Positions 49,763 through 60,322 of a stretch of 64,000 nucleotides of DNA are shown one piece after another. Both the position numbers and the translations under genes were made by a program. How positions within the stretch are numbered: position 1 is the first letter of the stretch; every line of letters begins with the position of its first letter. A model generated the notes under the pieces. It worked only from the letters and a program-made list of their open reading frames with translations. It did no database searches and was not told where the DNA came from. The stretch comes from Acutalibacteraceae bacterium (GTDB lineage: Bacteria; Bacillota; Clostridia; Lachnospirales; Lachnospiraceae), in NCBI GenBank assembly GCA_963586665.1, contig CAVABC010000005.1, positions 1,781 through 65,780 on the forward strand, in the 5' to 3' direction.

Positions 49763-51640
49763 TTACACATTAAAGCAGCTACCGCCCACAAATTCCCTGA
49801 GAAGTGAATTGTTGGATATGCCCTCGGACGGCATCGGCAGGAAATAATCGAGGAACTTGAGAAGTCTCTTTGCCTCGAGATACTCCGGGCAGTCCCTTTC
49901 TATGCCGAAAAGCAATGGCTCCGCATAGACCTTTAATACGGAAAGCTCGTATACGAGTGCTGAATTGAACATGACATCCGCGCTGTCCTGGAATGGGAAA
50001 ATATTCTCCTGCTCACCTTTTCTGACTGACGGCCACATGGCGATAGTCTCACGAGCGTTGGTCCCTCTGGTGCGCGCGTCCCTTACGATACGACGGATAA
50101 GTCTGGCATCTGTGGTCGGCAATGGATTGTGCTCATCAATGTTGAGCTGTGTCAATGCGGATATATAGATCCTGAACTTATGCTCAGCCGGTATCAGATG
50201 TGAAAGTCTGTCGTTTAGTCCGTGAATGCCCTCTATTACAAGAATAGAGTCAGCCCCCAGCTTCAGCTTTCTGCCTCGGTATTCCCGCTTTCCTGTCTTG
50301 AAGTTGAAAGAAGGCATATCTACTGTCTCGCCATTTAAGAGACGGTTCATATCCTCATTAAAAAGCTTTACATCTATGGACTCAAGACACTCGAAATCAA
50401 AGCTTCCATCCGGATTTTTCGGACAGAATTCCCTGTCTACGTAGTAATCATCCAGACTGAGCGGATGAGGTTTGCGTCCTTTTGCCGTAAGCTGGATTGA
50501 CAGCCTGTTTGCAAATGAAGTCTTACCTGATGAAGATGGTCCTGCTATCATAACAAATTTCTTCTGGCTGTCAGACGCAATGCGCGCTGCCAGATTACCG
50601 ATACGCTCCTCCATCAATGCTTCCTGAAGCAGCATTATCTCCTGCCCTTTGCCTGATGATATCGCATCATTTAATGCACCGATAGTGCCTATTCCAAGCA
50701 TTTTGCTCCACTCTCTTGAGTTGTCAAGTGTGTGGAAAAGCTTGTTAGATGTATCTAACGGTTCGACACTCTTTGTGTTCTTTCCCGGGAAAAGAAGTAC
50801 GAAACCTCTTTCATATGGAACTATATCAAAATATTTAAGCATGCCTGTGGATGGTGCCATGAAACCGTAGAAATAGTCTACCACGCCATCAAGCTCATAG
50901 AGATTTACACGCGAACTACGTCTGTAGTGAAGCAGTCTTGCCTTATCATGCATTCTCTTGCTCTCAAAAAGAGCCTCTGCTGTGTGAGTTTTTTCACTGC
51001 GTTTTGTAATCGGGATATCTTTATCCACAAATGAGCTCATACTATTCAACAATCTGCTTATGTCAGATGTATCTAATTCGCAGCATGATGTAGTCTCATT
51101 ATCACTAATATCACTTGCCGTGTTTCCTGATATACCTGTACTTGTTGTATCACAAGCCGCCTCTACGTCAGCCCTGTCCGTATCACCCGACTTTACTATT
51201 TCGCAATAATATCCCTCGCCAAGTGAATGCATCACATGAAGATCCGCGTCCGGACCGTATACATCAAGGACAGCTCTCTGGAGAAGAAGCACAACGCTCC
51301 TTCTGTATGTACGTCTGCCGTCTCTGTCAGCCACTGTCACAAATGACAGATCACAGTCACTTTTTATTGTTTTATTAAGTTCCCGAAGCTTGCCGTTTAC
51401 CATTCCAAGGATTATGTCATCCTTATAATAATCCTGAAATTTTGCTGCTATATCTGTAATTGTCTGTTTTTCATCAACCTTTATGCTTACACATCCTGCT
51501 TTGATGCCTGCTGATTTTCCATCTGCGTATTCTTCCTTAATGTCCAAATCACATCCACCAGCATTTTTTGCATCACTGCAATATGTATCTGCACCCTCAG
51601 CCTGATCTCCAACAATTACATTTACATTAAATTCCTGCAT
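49763..51640 (-). CDS. Nucleoside (uridine) kinase fused to a ThrRS N-terminal-like domain
   Basis: TGS/ThrRS-N-like region (YRRS, YFYG); GPSSSGKT, LDDYY, EGIHGLN, RRIVRD, EFVGGS. Confidence 0.85.
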   Translation of the reverse strand: MQEFNVNVIVGDQAEGADTYCSDAKNAGGCDLDIKEEYADGKSAGIKAGCVSIKVDEKQTITDIAAKFQDYYKDDIILGMVNGKLRELNKTIKSDCDLSFVTVADRDGRRTYRRSVVLLLQRAVLDVYGPDADLHVMHSLGEGYYCEIVKSGDTDRADVEAACDTTSTGISGNTASDISDNETTSCCELDTSDISRLLNSMSSFVDKDIPITKRSEKTHTAEALFESKRMHDKARLLHYRRSSRVNLYELDGVVDYFYGFMAPSTGMLKYFDIVPYERGFVLLFPGKNTKSVEPLDTSNKLFHTLDNSREWSKMLGIGTIGALNDAISSGKGQEIMLLQEALMEERIGNLAARIASDSQKKFVMIAGPSSSGKTSFANRLSIQLTAKGRKPHPLSLDDYYVDREFCPKNPDGSFDFECLESIDVKLFNEDMNRLLNGETVDMPSFNFKTGKREYRGRKLKLGADSILVIEGIHGLNDRLSHLIPAEHKFRIYISALTQLNIDEHNPLPTTDARLIRRIVRDARTRGTNARETIAMWPSVRKGEQENIFPFQDSADVMFNSALVYELSVLKVYAEPLLFGIERDCPEYLEAKRLLKFLDYFLPMPSEGISNNSLLREFVGGSCFNV

Positions 51641-52370
51641 TTCTGATCGCCCCCATAGATGAATATGCTGCCTCGTTGTATGCCATCATCTCGTTTATCT
51701 GCTCGATTCTTTCCATGATGGAATCCGACATTTCCTGATCTTTGAGCTGACACATTATGGCAGCCAGCTTGTGATGTTCTCTTACGAGAAATTTTCTGAG
51801 AACCGGATTTCCATTTTTGATAAGAACCGGACCATACAGATCGCATACCGTGACCGTTGTCTCGTCCATATTGTCCCATGCGGAATTGTCATTGCATGGT
51901 ATGCAGCGAAACATCGGATAGTACTTTCCATCCTCTAAGATCATATCTTCATCAACTATTTTATAGCCTGCGTTCCTGATATATTCGCGAACCTTGTTGA
52001 CATCTGACTGTGGCTGTAAAATAAGCTCTTTTGCAGCCCGGCAGACTGCCTCTCCCTCAGTCAGTATGTGTATAACAAGCTCTCCTCCCATTCCTGCGAT
52101 GATGATCGAGTCAACCTCGCCCTCATTTATAGCTTCAAGTCCATCGGAAAGTCTTGTTGTGATCCTGTCATTAAGACCGCAAGCCTGTATGTGCTCATTT
52201 GCCCGCTCAAGGGGACCTTTATTTATATCTACAGCAATAGCTTTCGGTATCACATTATCCTGAACGAGAGCTATAGGCACGTAGCCATGGTCTGTGCCGA
52301 CATCACAAAGGACATTTCCGGCTGTGACCATGGATGCCACCGCTCTCATTCGTCTGGATAGTTTTATCAT
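51627..52370 (-). CDS. trmK: tRNA m1A22 methyltransferase
   Basis: DVGTDHGYVP, SDGL, IAGMGG, LILQPQS; follows sigA. Confidence 0.92.
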   Translation of the reverse strand: MIKLSRRMRAVASMVTAGNVLCDVGTDHGYVPIALVQDNVIPKAIAVDINKGPLERANEHIQACGLNDRITTRLSDGLEAINEGEVDSIIIAGMGGELVIHILTEGEAVCRAAKELILQPQSDVNKVREYIRNAGYKIVDEDMILEDGKYYPMFRCIPCNDNSAWDNMDETTVTVCDLYGPVLIKNGNPVLRKFLVREHHKLAAIMCQLKDQEMSDSIMERIEQINEMMAYNEAAYSSMGAIRNAGI

Positions 52371-52371
52371 A

Positions 52372-53628
52372 TTACTCTAAGTAATCCTTTAACTTTCTGC
52401 TTCTGCTTGGATGACGAAGCTTACGGAGTGCTTTTGCCTCTATCTGACGGATACGCTCACGTGTTACGTTAAATTCCTTACCAACTTCCTCGAGTGTTCT
52501 TGCTCTTCCATCCTCGAGACCGAAACGGAGTGTGAGCACTTTCTGCTCTCTTTCTGTAAGTGTACCGAGCACCTCCTCGAGCTGCTCCTTAAGGAGTGTA
52601 AATGCTGCTGCATCTGCCGGTACAGGGACGTTATCATCCTTGATGAAATCACCAAGATGTGAATCTTCCTCCTCACCGATCGGAGTCTCAAGTGATACAG
52701 GCTCCTGAGAGATCTTTAAGATCTCACGCACACGCTCTACAGGCATGTTCATCTCCTTTGCGATCTCCTCTGGAGAAGGCTCTCTGCCAAGCTCCTGTAA
52801 GAGCTGACGGGATACACGGATTAGCTTGTTGATAGTCTCAACCATATGCACCGGAATACGGATCGTTCTCGCCTGATCTGCGATGGCTCTTGTGATAGCC
52901 TGACGGATCCACCAGGTAGCGTATGTCGAGAATTTGTAACCCTTTTTGTAATCGAATTTCTCAACAGCCTTGATAAGACCTAAGTTTCCTTCCTGAATAA
53001 GGTCAAGGAAAAGCATTCCTCTTCCTACATATCTTTTTGCGATACTTACAACGAGACGTAAATTTGCCTCTGCAAGACGTTTCTTGGCATCAGCACCCTT
53101 GTCAACATCTTTCTGGAGGTTTTTGATCTCTTCTTTGATCTCTGCTGCCTCTTCCTCGGATGCATCCTCAAGACGTCCCTTTAAGATAGCAATCTTTTCT
53201 GTTGCAACAGCACCGTCTTCCATATTCTGTGCCAGCTCGATCTCCTCGTCTGCGCTAAGAAGCGGTACTTTACCAATTTCTTTTAAGTACATACGTACAG
53301 GATCTTCAACGCTTACACCCTCAGGTACAGACAGATCGATCTTGTCAACCTCTACCTCGTCCTCTTCATCGAGAATGATATCGTCATCATCATCGTCATC
53401 ATCGCTGATCTTTAACACATCGATACCGTTCTGCTCAAGATAGTCGATGACCATTTCAAATTTTTCCGCATCAAGATTGAGATCCTTGAAGAAATCTGCG
53501 ATCTCCTGATATTCAAGGATGTTCTTTTTCTTTTTGCCGAGTTCAAGGATAAGAATCAGTTTTTCCTGAAACTTTACCTTCATCTCATCAGTCTGCGCCA
53601 TGTCTTTTTGTTCCTTTTTCTTTGCCAT
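52372..53628 (-). CDS. rpoD: Primary RNA polymerase sigma factor
   Basis: [43 protein letters not shown]. Confidence 0.98.
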   Translation of the reverse strand: MAKKKEQKDMAQTDEMKVKFQEKLILILELGKKKKNILEYQEIADFFKDLNLDAEKFEMVIDYLEQNGIDVLKISDDDDDDDDIILDEEDEVEVDKIDLSVPEGVSVEDPVRMYLKEIGKVPLLSADEEIELAQNMEDGAVATEKIAILKGRLEDASEEEAAEIKEEIKNLQKDVDKGADAKKRLAEANLRLVVSIAKRYVGRGMLFLDLIQEGNLGLIKAVEKFDYKKGYKFSTYATWWIRQAITRAIADQARTIRIPVHMVETINKLIRVSRQLLQELGREPSPEEIAKEMNMPVERVREILKISQEPVSLETPIGEEEDSHLGDFIKDDNVPVPADAAAFTLLKEQLEEVLGTLTEREQKVLTLRFGLEDGRARTLEEVGKEFNVTRERIRQIEAKALRKLRHPSRSRKLKDYLE

Positions 53629-53659
53629 TTTAATTTCCTCTTTGTTCTAGTATTTTTCC

Positions 53660-55441
53660 CTAATCGATAGAAATATTCAAATTTTGTAATTTCTCAAGTG
53701 CACGTTTGTCCTCAACTATCTTCATAAGACCGTCAAGATCAGTCGGTGCAAGGTGCTGTGAGCGGTAATTAATGCTGTTTTCCTTGATACGGAGAATAGT
53801 CTCCTTTAAGGCTGTTTCCCTGTCATTCCTGCCCTCGACTTTATGGATCGTCGCATTAAAAATGCCCGCTACATCGCGCTGTTCTTCCTCATCGGTAAAC
53901 ATGCTTACTATTTTGGCCGGGTTTACGGCATGTGTTGTCTCATACTGTGAGAACACCTCGACTGCTACCCTGTGGTAGAGTTCCTCGGTAAAATCCTCTG
54001 CCGTGATGTATCCCTTTATCCGTTCAAAAAGAGTGTTATTTTCCACGAGCCATGTGAGAAGAAGCTTCTGCGACTGCTTCATTCCATCTTCTTTTTTCTT
54101 GTTCTCGTTGATACCACTCTTTAGCGGAGCTTGCGGCTTTACGATGCCTCCCTTTAGCGCGAGAGTGTTGACGAGCTTTCGCAGATCATCAAATGTGATA
54201 TGGTATTCATCCGCCACCGCCTGTATATAATTATTGCGCTCAAGCTCCTCGGTAAAGCCAAGCAGCTTGTTTGCTATCTCATTGTAAAATGCAGTCTTTG
54301 ACTCGGGATCGTTCATATCATATCGATCCTGCATCACACGGATCTCGAACATAAAACTGTTCTGCGCATTGTCGATTCGTTCCTGATAAGCATCCGCTCC
54401 GAGAGCCTTGATGAACTCATCAGGATCTTTGTAAGGCCGCATATTTATGACCTTTGTCATGATACCCACCTCTTTTAAAATAGGTATCGCACGAAGTGCC
54501 GCCTTTACTCCGGCTCCATCGCTGTCGTAGGTCAGATACACCTCCTTGGTGTAACGCTTCAAAAGTGAGGCATGTCCGCTGGTAAGCGCAGTTCCAAGCG
54601 AAGCCACGGCATTGTCAAAGCCCGCCTGATGCAGTGCAATGACATCCATATATCCCTCACACAAAAGGAGCTGATTTTTCCTTGTGCTCCTTGCTATATT
54701 AAGACCGTAAAGATTACGGCTCTTGTCAAAAATCTTTGTCTCCGGAGAGTTTAAGTATTTTGGCTCTCCATCGCCCATGACACGGCCTCCAAAGCCGATC
54801 ACCCTGTTATGCACATCCATAATCGGAAACATTGCACGATTCCAGAATTTGTCGTGGCCTCCCCTGACCTCATCTATGGTCACAAGACCTGATTCCTTTA
54901 GTATCGCATCATCATAGCCCTTGCTGCGCAGATATCTGTACAGATCATCACTGTACTGGTCGGAATATCCAAGACCAAACTTCTGCATAGTTTCATCAGA
55001 AAGTGCTCTGTTCTTGAAATAATCATGTGCTCTTTTGCCTCTTGGACTTCGAAGCAGCCTGTAAAAATATTTGGCGGCTTCTTTGTTTATCTCAAGCAGC
55101 TTTGTACGCTTGTCAGCTTCTCGCTTTTGAGCCGTGGTCATCTCCTGCTGTGGCAGTTCGACACCCACACGGTCGGCAAGCGACTGCATTGCCTCACCAA
55201 ACGTAAAATTCTCATACTGCATCATGAATGTAAAAACATTGCCTCCGGCACCACAGCCGAAACAGTAATACATCTGTTTATTCGGTGAGACGGAAAATGA
55301 TCCTGTCTTTTCGTTATGGAATGGGCATAATCCAAAATAAGTACTTCCCTTCTTCTGAAGATGTACATAGCTGCCGATGACATCCACTATGTCATTGCGG
55401 GAGCGGACTTCTTCAATAAGATCCTCAGAATAGTACGGCAT
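53660..55441 (-). CDS. dnaG: DNA primase
   Basis: CPFH..CFGC zinc finger, KYLNSPET, EGYMD, YDSDGAG. Confidence 0.98.
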   Translation of the reverse strand: MPYYSEDLIEEVRSRNDIVDVIGSYVHLQKKGSTYFGLCPFHNEKTGSFSVSPNKQMYYCFGCGAGGNVFTFMMQYENFTFGEAMQSLADRVGVELPQQEMTTAQKREADKRTKLLEINKEAAKYFYRLLRSPRGKRAHDYFKNRALSDETMQKFGLGYSDQYSDDLYRYLRSKGYDDAILKESGLVTIDEVRGGHDKFWNRAMFPIMDVHNRVIGFGGRVMGDGEPKYLNSPETKIFDKSRNLYGLNIARSTRKNQLLLCEGYMDVIALHQAGFDNAVASLGTALTSGHASLLKRYTKEVYLTYDSDGAGVKAALRAIPILKEVGIMTKVINMRPYKDPDEFIKALGADAYQERIDNAQNSFMFEIRVMQDRYDMNDPESKTAFYNEIANKLLGFTEELERNNYIQAVADEYHITFDDLRKLVNTLALKGGIVKPQAPLKSGINENKKKEDGMKQSQKLLLTWLVENNTLFERIKGYITAEDFTEELYHRVAVEVFSQYETTHAVNPAKIVSMFTDEEEQRDVAGIFNATIHKVEGRNDRETALKETILRIKENSINYRSQHLAPTDLDGLMKIVEDKRALEKLQNLNISID

Positions 55442-55472
55442 TCTATCATCCCCTGACTTATTAAATTATGTT

Positions 55473-56486
55473 TTAATATCCATCAATCTCCCATGCCACC
55501 GGCACGAAGTATTCATGGAACTTTGTAATGGCATACTGATCTGTCATGCCTGATATATAATCACACACGATGCGCCCTTTATCCTCGCCCTGATCAAGCA
55601 TGACCAGAAGCTTCTGCGGCAGCTCCTCTATATGATCCATATAGTAATAATACAGCTGCTGCAACATTGCCTTGGCTTTTACCTCCTCGCTCTTTGCGAC
55701 AGGATTGTTGTAGAGATTGGCAAACATGAATTTGCGCAGATCCCTCATAGCCTCAGCAGACTCGTCAGACATACATATGTCATCCTTGCCCATGCTGTTG
55801 GTAATTATATTGTGCACCATGTGGTTTAACCTGCTTTTTGTACTGTGCCCGAGAGTGTTTCTGATCTCGAGCGGTATGTCATCCTCGCACAGAAGCTGCG
55901 CCCTGATGGCATCATCAAAATCTGAATTTATGTAAGCTATCTTGTCGGACAGCCTGACTATCTTGCCCTCTAAGGTATGCGACATGAGGCTGGTCTGATG
56001 ATTTAACATGCCATCCCTGACCTCCCAGGTCAGATTAAGCCCCGCTCCGTCCTTTTCGAGCTTTTCAACTATGCGCACACTTTGTTCGTTGTGCTTGAAA
56101 CCGCCCTCATATATCTCATTAAGTATGCGCTCTCCCGCATGACCAAACGGTGTATGTCCCAGATCGTGTCCGAGTGCTATAGCCTCGACCAGATCCTCAT
56201 TGAGCCGTAGTGCCTTTGCTATGGTGCGGGCATTCTGCGATACCTCAAGAGTATGCGACATCCTCGTGCGGTAGTGATCTCCCTTTGGTGTCAGAAACAC
56301 CTGTGTCTTGTTTTTAAGCCGCCTGAAAGCTTTGCTGTGCAGTATCCTGTCCCTGTCCCTCTGAAATACCGGACGGATGTCGCACTGCGGCTCCTGCCTG
56401 TCCCTGCCTCTTGAGTTAATGCTCAGACACGCATATGGGCTTAATATTTCCTGTTCACGCTGCTCTAATTGTTCGCGAATTGTCAT
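55473..56486 (-). CDS. dgt: Deoxyguanosinetriphosphate triphosphohydrolase-like HD protein
   Basis: FQRDRDRI, KTQVF, HDLGHTPFGH, DYISGMTD; start ATG 56486 after GGAGG. Confidence 0.92.
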   Translation of the reverse strand: MTIREQLEQREQEILSPYACLSINSRGRDRQEPQCDIRPVFQRDRDRILHSKAFRRLKNKTQVFLTPKGDHYRTRMSHTLEVSQNARTIAKALRLNEDLVEAIALGHDLGHTPFGHAGERILNEIYEGGFKHNEQSVRIVEKLEKDGAGLNLTWEVRDGMLNHQTSLMSHTLEGKIVRLSDKIAYINSDFDDAIRAQLLCEDDIPLEIRNTLGHSTKSRLNHMVHNIITNSMGKDDICMSDESAEAMRDLRKFMFANLYNNPVAKSEEVKAKAMLQQLYYYYMDHIEELPQKLLVMLDQGEDKGRIVCDYISGMTDQYAITKFHEYFVPVAWEIDGY

Positions 56487-56625
56487 ATATCTGCCTCCGT
56501 GTAAACAGTAACCATTGCCTACACTTTTATAATTCGACGCTTTTTTCGAAATTCCTTTTTTTATATTGAAAAATTGAAACTTTCCATTTGTAAATTTTAT
56601 ATTGAGCCGGTTGGAGTTGGAAGTT

Positions 56626-58092
56626 TTAGCTTCCACCGAGCACATGCCTAAGCTTCTGCAACAGTCCTCCTGTTATCTCGTTATCGTAATTGCCGTAGTA
56701 AAATCTGTCATCTTTTACGAGGATACAGCCTACCCATGTTCCGATATGCTCATCACTCTCGACTGCCTCTTTCATGCTCTTGTAACCGGCTATCGTAAAA
56801 TAGGCATCGTAATCGCCAAAATCCTTCGACTCTATTTCCACCTCGCCAAAAGTACTTTCTAGACTCTGTATGAAGTCCTTGTCACACTCTGTAAATCCGG
56901 TAACGTCCTTACTGTATTTTGACTCCGACTCCCACTCCTCATCCCACATGAGAAAGACATTGTCATCCTTCCATGAGTTCGTCTTTTCAAGTACTGAAAG
57001 CTTCTTGTAGGAATTAGAATCATCCTCCGCCATCTGTAGGTATGTATCGTCTCCGTTTTTATTCATATACAAGAGATTGGATGCCGCGATCTCATAATAA
57101 CGGCTGCTGTAATCCTGATCCTTGTATACAATGTAGCCTAAAGCTTTTCCGGTCTCATCATAGTCCATGCCAAGCGATATAGGTATGTAAACCTGACCAT
57201 CATACACCATAGGTCCCATCACACTGTCCTGCGTCAGACATTCCGCCACCTTTTCATACTCTGCCTGTCCGTCAGACGGTGACATAAAATATGTGACTGC
57301 ACAGATAAACATTACTGATACCATGACAACAGATACTATTGCTATCCTTATATTTTTCATGTGACGTCTCATATCGCTTAACGTCAGCTTCCCTCCAGTC
57401 TGCTCATGATGGTATTTGCGCGTGACAAGCCTGTATACCAAAACCGTCTCAAGTATAAGCAGGATCACCGCTGCTGCCATAAGACATCCTGCCTGCCACA
57501 TTACCTTATGATCTATGAGCATTTTGTTCACAAACCAAAGTATCATAAGTATTATCGTCCAGATCACGCCATCCCCCAAGAGATAGCTCGCATAAGTTTT
57601 CCTGCTTCTTATGATATTAAGCGGAAAAAGAGACATAATAACCGTAAGCATGAGGACGATCGCAAAGATATACTCCCACAGATCCGAAAGCGTAGATCCG
57701 TAAAGGCTCTTAAAATACTCTGCAAAGCTTAGCTTTTTGACATTGCCCCAGCCCGAGAACTTTGACATAAAAAGTATGACTGTCCCTGCAAGCCACATTG
57801 CCGCATATGTACCGATGTACTGCGCCATGCGCACCACTGCAAGAATACGGTAACTGCCGTAAATACGGCTTCTGTCAGCACCGGATATATCCGTACTACT
57901 GCCCTGCACTGCACCGTCCTGCTGCACGCGCGGTATGATCCGGTATCTCATAATCATGTATGCCACGAAAAATCCGACCATTACCGGTACACCACCGACA
58001 CGTCCCACGAGCAGATTGATGTACTCCATGACCGTAAAAGACAGTATCAGCGTGTAAATGATATTAGTAAAAGATGTGTTCAATCTTTTCAT
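56626..58092 (-). CDS. Hypothetical polytopic membrane protein with soluble C-terminal domain
   Basis: About seven hydrophobic segments then an acidic domain; RBS GGAG. Confidence 0.75.
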   Translation of the reverse strand: MKRLNTSFTNIIYTLILSFTVMEYINLLVGRVGGVPVMVGFFVAYMIMRYRIIPRVQQDGAVQGSSTDISGADRSRIYGSYRILAVVRMAQYIGTYAAMWLAGTVILFMSKFSGWGNVKKLSFAEYFKSLYGSTLSDLWEYIFAIVLMLTVIMSLFPLNIIRSRKTYASYLLGDGVIWTIILMILWFVNKMLIDHKVMWQAGCLMAAAVILLILETVLVYRLVTRKYHHEQTGGKLTLSDMRRHMKNIRIAIVSVVMVSVMFICAVTYFMSPSDGQAEYEKVAECLTQDSVMGPMVYDGQVYIPISLGMDYDETGKALGYIVYKDQDYSSRYYEIAASNLLYMNKNGDDTYLQMAEDDSNSYKKLSVLEKTNSWKDDNVFLMWDEEWESESKYSKDVTGFTECDKDFIQSLESTFGEVEIESKDFGDYDAYFTIAGYKSMKEAVESDEHIGTWVGCILVKDDRFYYGNYDNEITGGLLQKLRHVLGGS

Positions 58093-58135
58093 AACATGAA
58101 CGCTCCATTAAACTGCAAATAATCTCTTATATAGC

Positions 58136-58164
58136 AAAAACGGGAAGCCCTCGACAGGCTTCCC
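58136..58164 (-). terminator. Terminator after tRNA-Leu(CAG)
   Basis: GGGAAGCC stem followed by TTTTT on the minus strand. Confidence 0.8.
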
Positions 58165-58169
58165 TAGGA

Positions 58170-58253
58170 TGCAGGAGATGGGACTTGAACCCACACGATA
58201 TTGCTACCACAGGCACCTGAAGCCTGCGCGTCTGCCAATTCCGCCACTCCTGC
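58170..58253 (-). tRNA. tRNA-Leu, anticodon CAG
   Basis: Anticodon arm CAGGC-TTCAGGT-GCCTG, long variable arm, GGTTCAAGTCC T-arm; CCA not encoded. Confidence 0.95.
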
Positions 58254-58264
58254 GAACAGATTAT

Positions 58265-58293
58265 ATTGTATCAAAAACCTGTTCATATTGCAA
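58265..58293 (-). promoter_or_regulatory. Promoter of tRNA-Leu(CAG)
   Basis: TTGCAA-17bp-TACAAT with TGn extension. Confidence 0.65.
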
Positions 58294-58460
58294 GTGAATT
58301 TTTTATTTTTTTGATATTTTTTTCAAGACTCTATTTACCGTTTATATCCACGATCAGGTACTCTGATTTGCAGCCTGTCTTGAACTTTATCGCCCCGTCC
58401 GAAATGCCCGATGTAACGATAAAATTGGTTTTGTCACGTTTCTCGCAACCGTACACTCTG

Positions 58461-58676
58461 TCATCCGGCGCGAGGTTGGTATGATTTTCGATGTTCATAA
58501 GAGGAAAGAGCCGCCTCAAAAATCTTATCTATTTCCGATAAAAATGTAGATTTCAGGCTGTCTGCGCCCTTAAGCTCCTCCTCTGTGGGGTTTTTCTGTA
58601 AATCAAGAATAGCGGCTTCTATCTGGTCGTTGCCGATAAGCCCCGGATCGGACTGTGCATTAAACGCACTTGCCAT
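58461..58676 (-). pseudogene. Remnant resembling an SseB-family gene, internally deleted and truncated
   Basis: IGNDQIEAAI..LQK.PTEE joined directly to ELKGADS..STF..IDKIF; similarity recalled, not searched. Confidence 0.4.
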
Positions 58677-58767
58677 TGATGAACCGCTTGAATATGCAAG
58701 GTTATATCTTGAAGGAAATTTGCAGATGTGGGTGGACGCGGAAGATTCATTAGAACTTTATAATTAG
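58670..58767 (+). pseudogene. 3' fragment resembling DUF6061-type mobile-element gene
   Basis: EPLEYARLYLEGNLQMWVDAEDSLE; no convincing start or RBS. Confidence 0.4.
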
Positions 58768-58852
58768 CAAAGAGGCAGAAGCAATGTCTTAATTCATAAT
58801 TTTATTCTGTCCCTTTTTCCTATTAGAGTATACTGAATGTTTCAACAAACAC

Positions 58853-59629
58853 TTATAACAAACCATTGTATATTTTTAAATCTTCGTCCTTAAACACATT
58901 AAAGATTACTTTTTTAATTCTGCTGTCTTTGGCAAGATACTGCTTTACAGTGTTCGTTGCAATCTCGGCAGCCCGTTGATGTGGAAAACAAAATACTCCT
59001 GTAGACAAACAACAGAATGCAATTGATTCTGCGCCTGTATCAGCAGCAAGTCTTAGACACTCTCTGTAACAGCTTGCAAGCAAATTTTCATCTTTTTTTG
59101 TAACTGCCCATTGGATAATCGGGCCTACCGTATGAAGGATATATTTTGCTGGAAGGTTATATCCTGATGTAATCTTTGCTTTTCCAGTTTTCTCTTCATG
59201 TCCCTGCTTTGTCATAATCTCATGCATTTTCAGACGCAGCTCCACTCCTGCATAAGTATGTATAAAATTATCAATGCAGGCATGCATCGGTGAAAAACAA
59301 CCAAGCATCTGTGAATTGCACGCATTTACGATTGCGTCACATTTCAAAGTGGTAATATCGCCCTGCCAGATATATAATCTCGAATCGGATTTTACAGGTG
59401 CAAGCGTTTCAACCTCTGTGATTCCACGCTCTATATTTCTTTCTGTAAGATATTCGTCCTGTATTTTTAAGAAATCTCCGCTGACCTGTCTTGGCTGTCT
59501 GATATTCATAAGTGAGCGGAGCAGATTCTCCTGTCCCTGCTTATCCGTAGGAATACTCTGTCTGCCAAACCTTATTTTTTCTTTTAAAAGATACTGAATC
59601 AGATATTCTCTTCGCTCGTCCTGTGTCAT
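58853..59629 (-). CDS. Zn-macrodomain protein-ADP-ribose hydrolase
   Basis: WQGDIT, AIVNACN, Zn loop GCFSPMHACIDNFIH, HTVGP, AFCCLSTGVF. Confidence 0.9.
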   Translation of the reverse strand: MTQDERREYLIQYLLKEKIRFGRQSIPTDKQGQENLLRSLMNIRQPRQVSGDFLKIQDEYLTERNIERGITEVETLAPVKSDSRLYIWQGDITTLKCDAIVNACNSQMLGCFSPMHACIDNFIHTYAGVELRLKMHEIMTKQGHEEKTGKAKITSGYNLPAKYILHTVGPIIQWAVTKKDENLLASCYRECLRLAADTGAESIAFCCLSTGVFCFPHQRAAEIATNTVKQYLAKDSRIKKVIFNVFKDEDLKIYNGLL

Positions 59630-60322
59630 AATACCCGCCTCCCTATATCTGTAATTGCTCTTGCCATGTCTCCCCCGATACCGATTGCACGCTTTCCAAA
59701 ACTTTCCGGAACCACTGCCTCCTCCATATTCAGACGAATTAAGCTGTAAGATGTATTCTCCCGCACTATTTTTTCAAAAGGGAATCGTATAATAATCGGG
59801 GTGTTAAATCCAACTCCAAGTTCCAGAAGAACAACCTTTTTATTCCTATTTCGTTCCAGAAAATTCGCATACCTGTCAGCTGCCTCATGCCATTCTTCGT
59901 CTTCCACAAAATAAGTATCGCAACGGAGATTCATCTCCATTTTACCTCCACATACAGGACATTTTGGTACAAGTTCTGATGGAACCAGGCAATCTTTCCT
60001 TGCTTCATCCATCTTTCTGAACAGTTCTTGTGCATCATAGGTCTTTGGATGACAGGCTTTCTGACACTGTATTTTTCCATAATCACCCTGTGTCGCAAAT
60101 ATTCTGTCCGCATCAAATCCTGCTTTATAAAATTGATGGTCCACATTAGTCGTAAGTACAAAATGTTCTTTACTTTTTACAATATCATAAAGTTCTTTAT
60201 AAAGTGGTAATGCAGGCAAATCAAACTGATTAAGCAAAGCTGCTTTTGACCAGTAACCCCACTTTGCCTCTTCCGATGGGAATGGATAAAAACCGGCAGC
60301 ATACATATCTGTCATGTAGTGA
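59626..60322 (-). pseudogene. SirTM (macrodomain-linked class M sirtuin), 5'-truncated
   Basis: DMYAAGFY, TTNVDHQF, TQGDY, CxxxC..CPVC, LELGVGFNTP present; N-terminal GAGAG NAD-binding loop absent; 4-bp overlap with macro gene. Confidence 0.8.

Noticed and set aside
563..57914. Numerous short plus-strand ORFs opposite housekeeping genes
   Set aside because: Antisense shadow frames of well-supported minus-strand genes
58170..58195. attR duplicate of the tRNA-Leu(AAG) 3' end
   Set aside because: The shared sequence is part of a complete second tRNA-Leu gene with its own promoter
58331..58519. 62-aa ORF as a real gene
   Set aside because: No RBS and no recognised family; at most a fragment within the decayed island
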